Of a stretch of 64,000 nucleotides of DNA, positions 63,979-64,000 are shown one piece after another. The notes under the pieces were generated by a model that ran no database searches, was not told the DNA's origin, and saw nothing but the letters and a program-made list of their open reading frames with translations. Within the stretch, counting starts at the first letter, position 1. Every line of letters begins with the position of its first letter. Source of the DNA: Octopus bimaculoides (taxonomy: Eukaryota); the NCBI RefSeq assembly GCF_001194135.2, contig NC_068988.1:13597459-13661458 (forward strand), read 5' to 3'. Position numbers and translations under genes: made by a program.

Positions 63979-64000
63979 AAAATAATAGAATTCAAGAAAG

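Overview
AT-rich, repeat-dense eukaryotic genomic DNA. The tRNA-derived SINE types, RTE LINE debris and (CA)n/(TG)n load point to a coleoid cephalopod, most likely an octopus (inference from repeat recognition, not a database hit). Only one protein-coding gene is supportable: the 3' part of a plus-strand SLC10 (sodium/bile acid symporter family) gene. It has an internal exon at 10780-10951 and a terminal exon at 19638-20344, joined in frame across an 8.7-kb phase-1 intron. Its 5' exons were not found and probably lie left of the window. By manual alignment to human NTCP, several canonical Na+-ligand positions are replaced (S105->G, N106->L, T123->N, Q261->F), which makes this atypical transporter the most interesting item. 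The rest is intronic or intergenic: decayed RTE and CR1/L2-like LINE fragments, several SINE families (one nested with an 11-bp TSD), two TTAA-targeting piggyBac-type MITE families (one nested in the other), a full-length decayed mariner, microsatellites and a 10-N gap with a 31-bp overlap artefact. Most ORFs in the supplied track are spurious. I found no clearly novel multi-gene system. Boundaries of decayed repeats are approximate (tens of bp).
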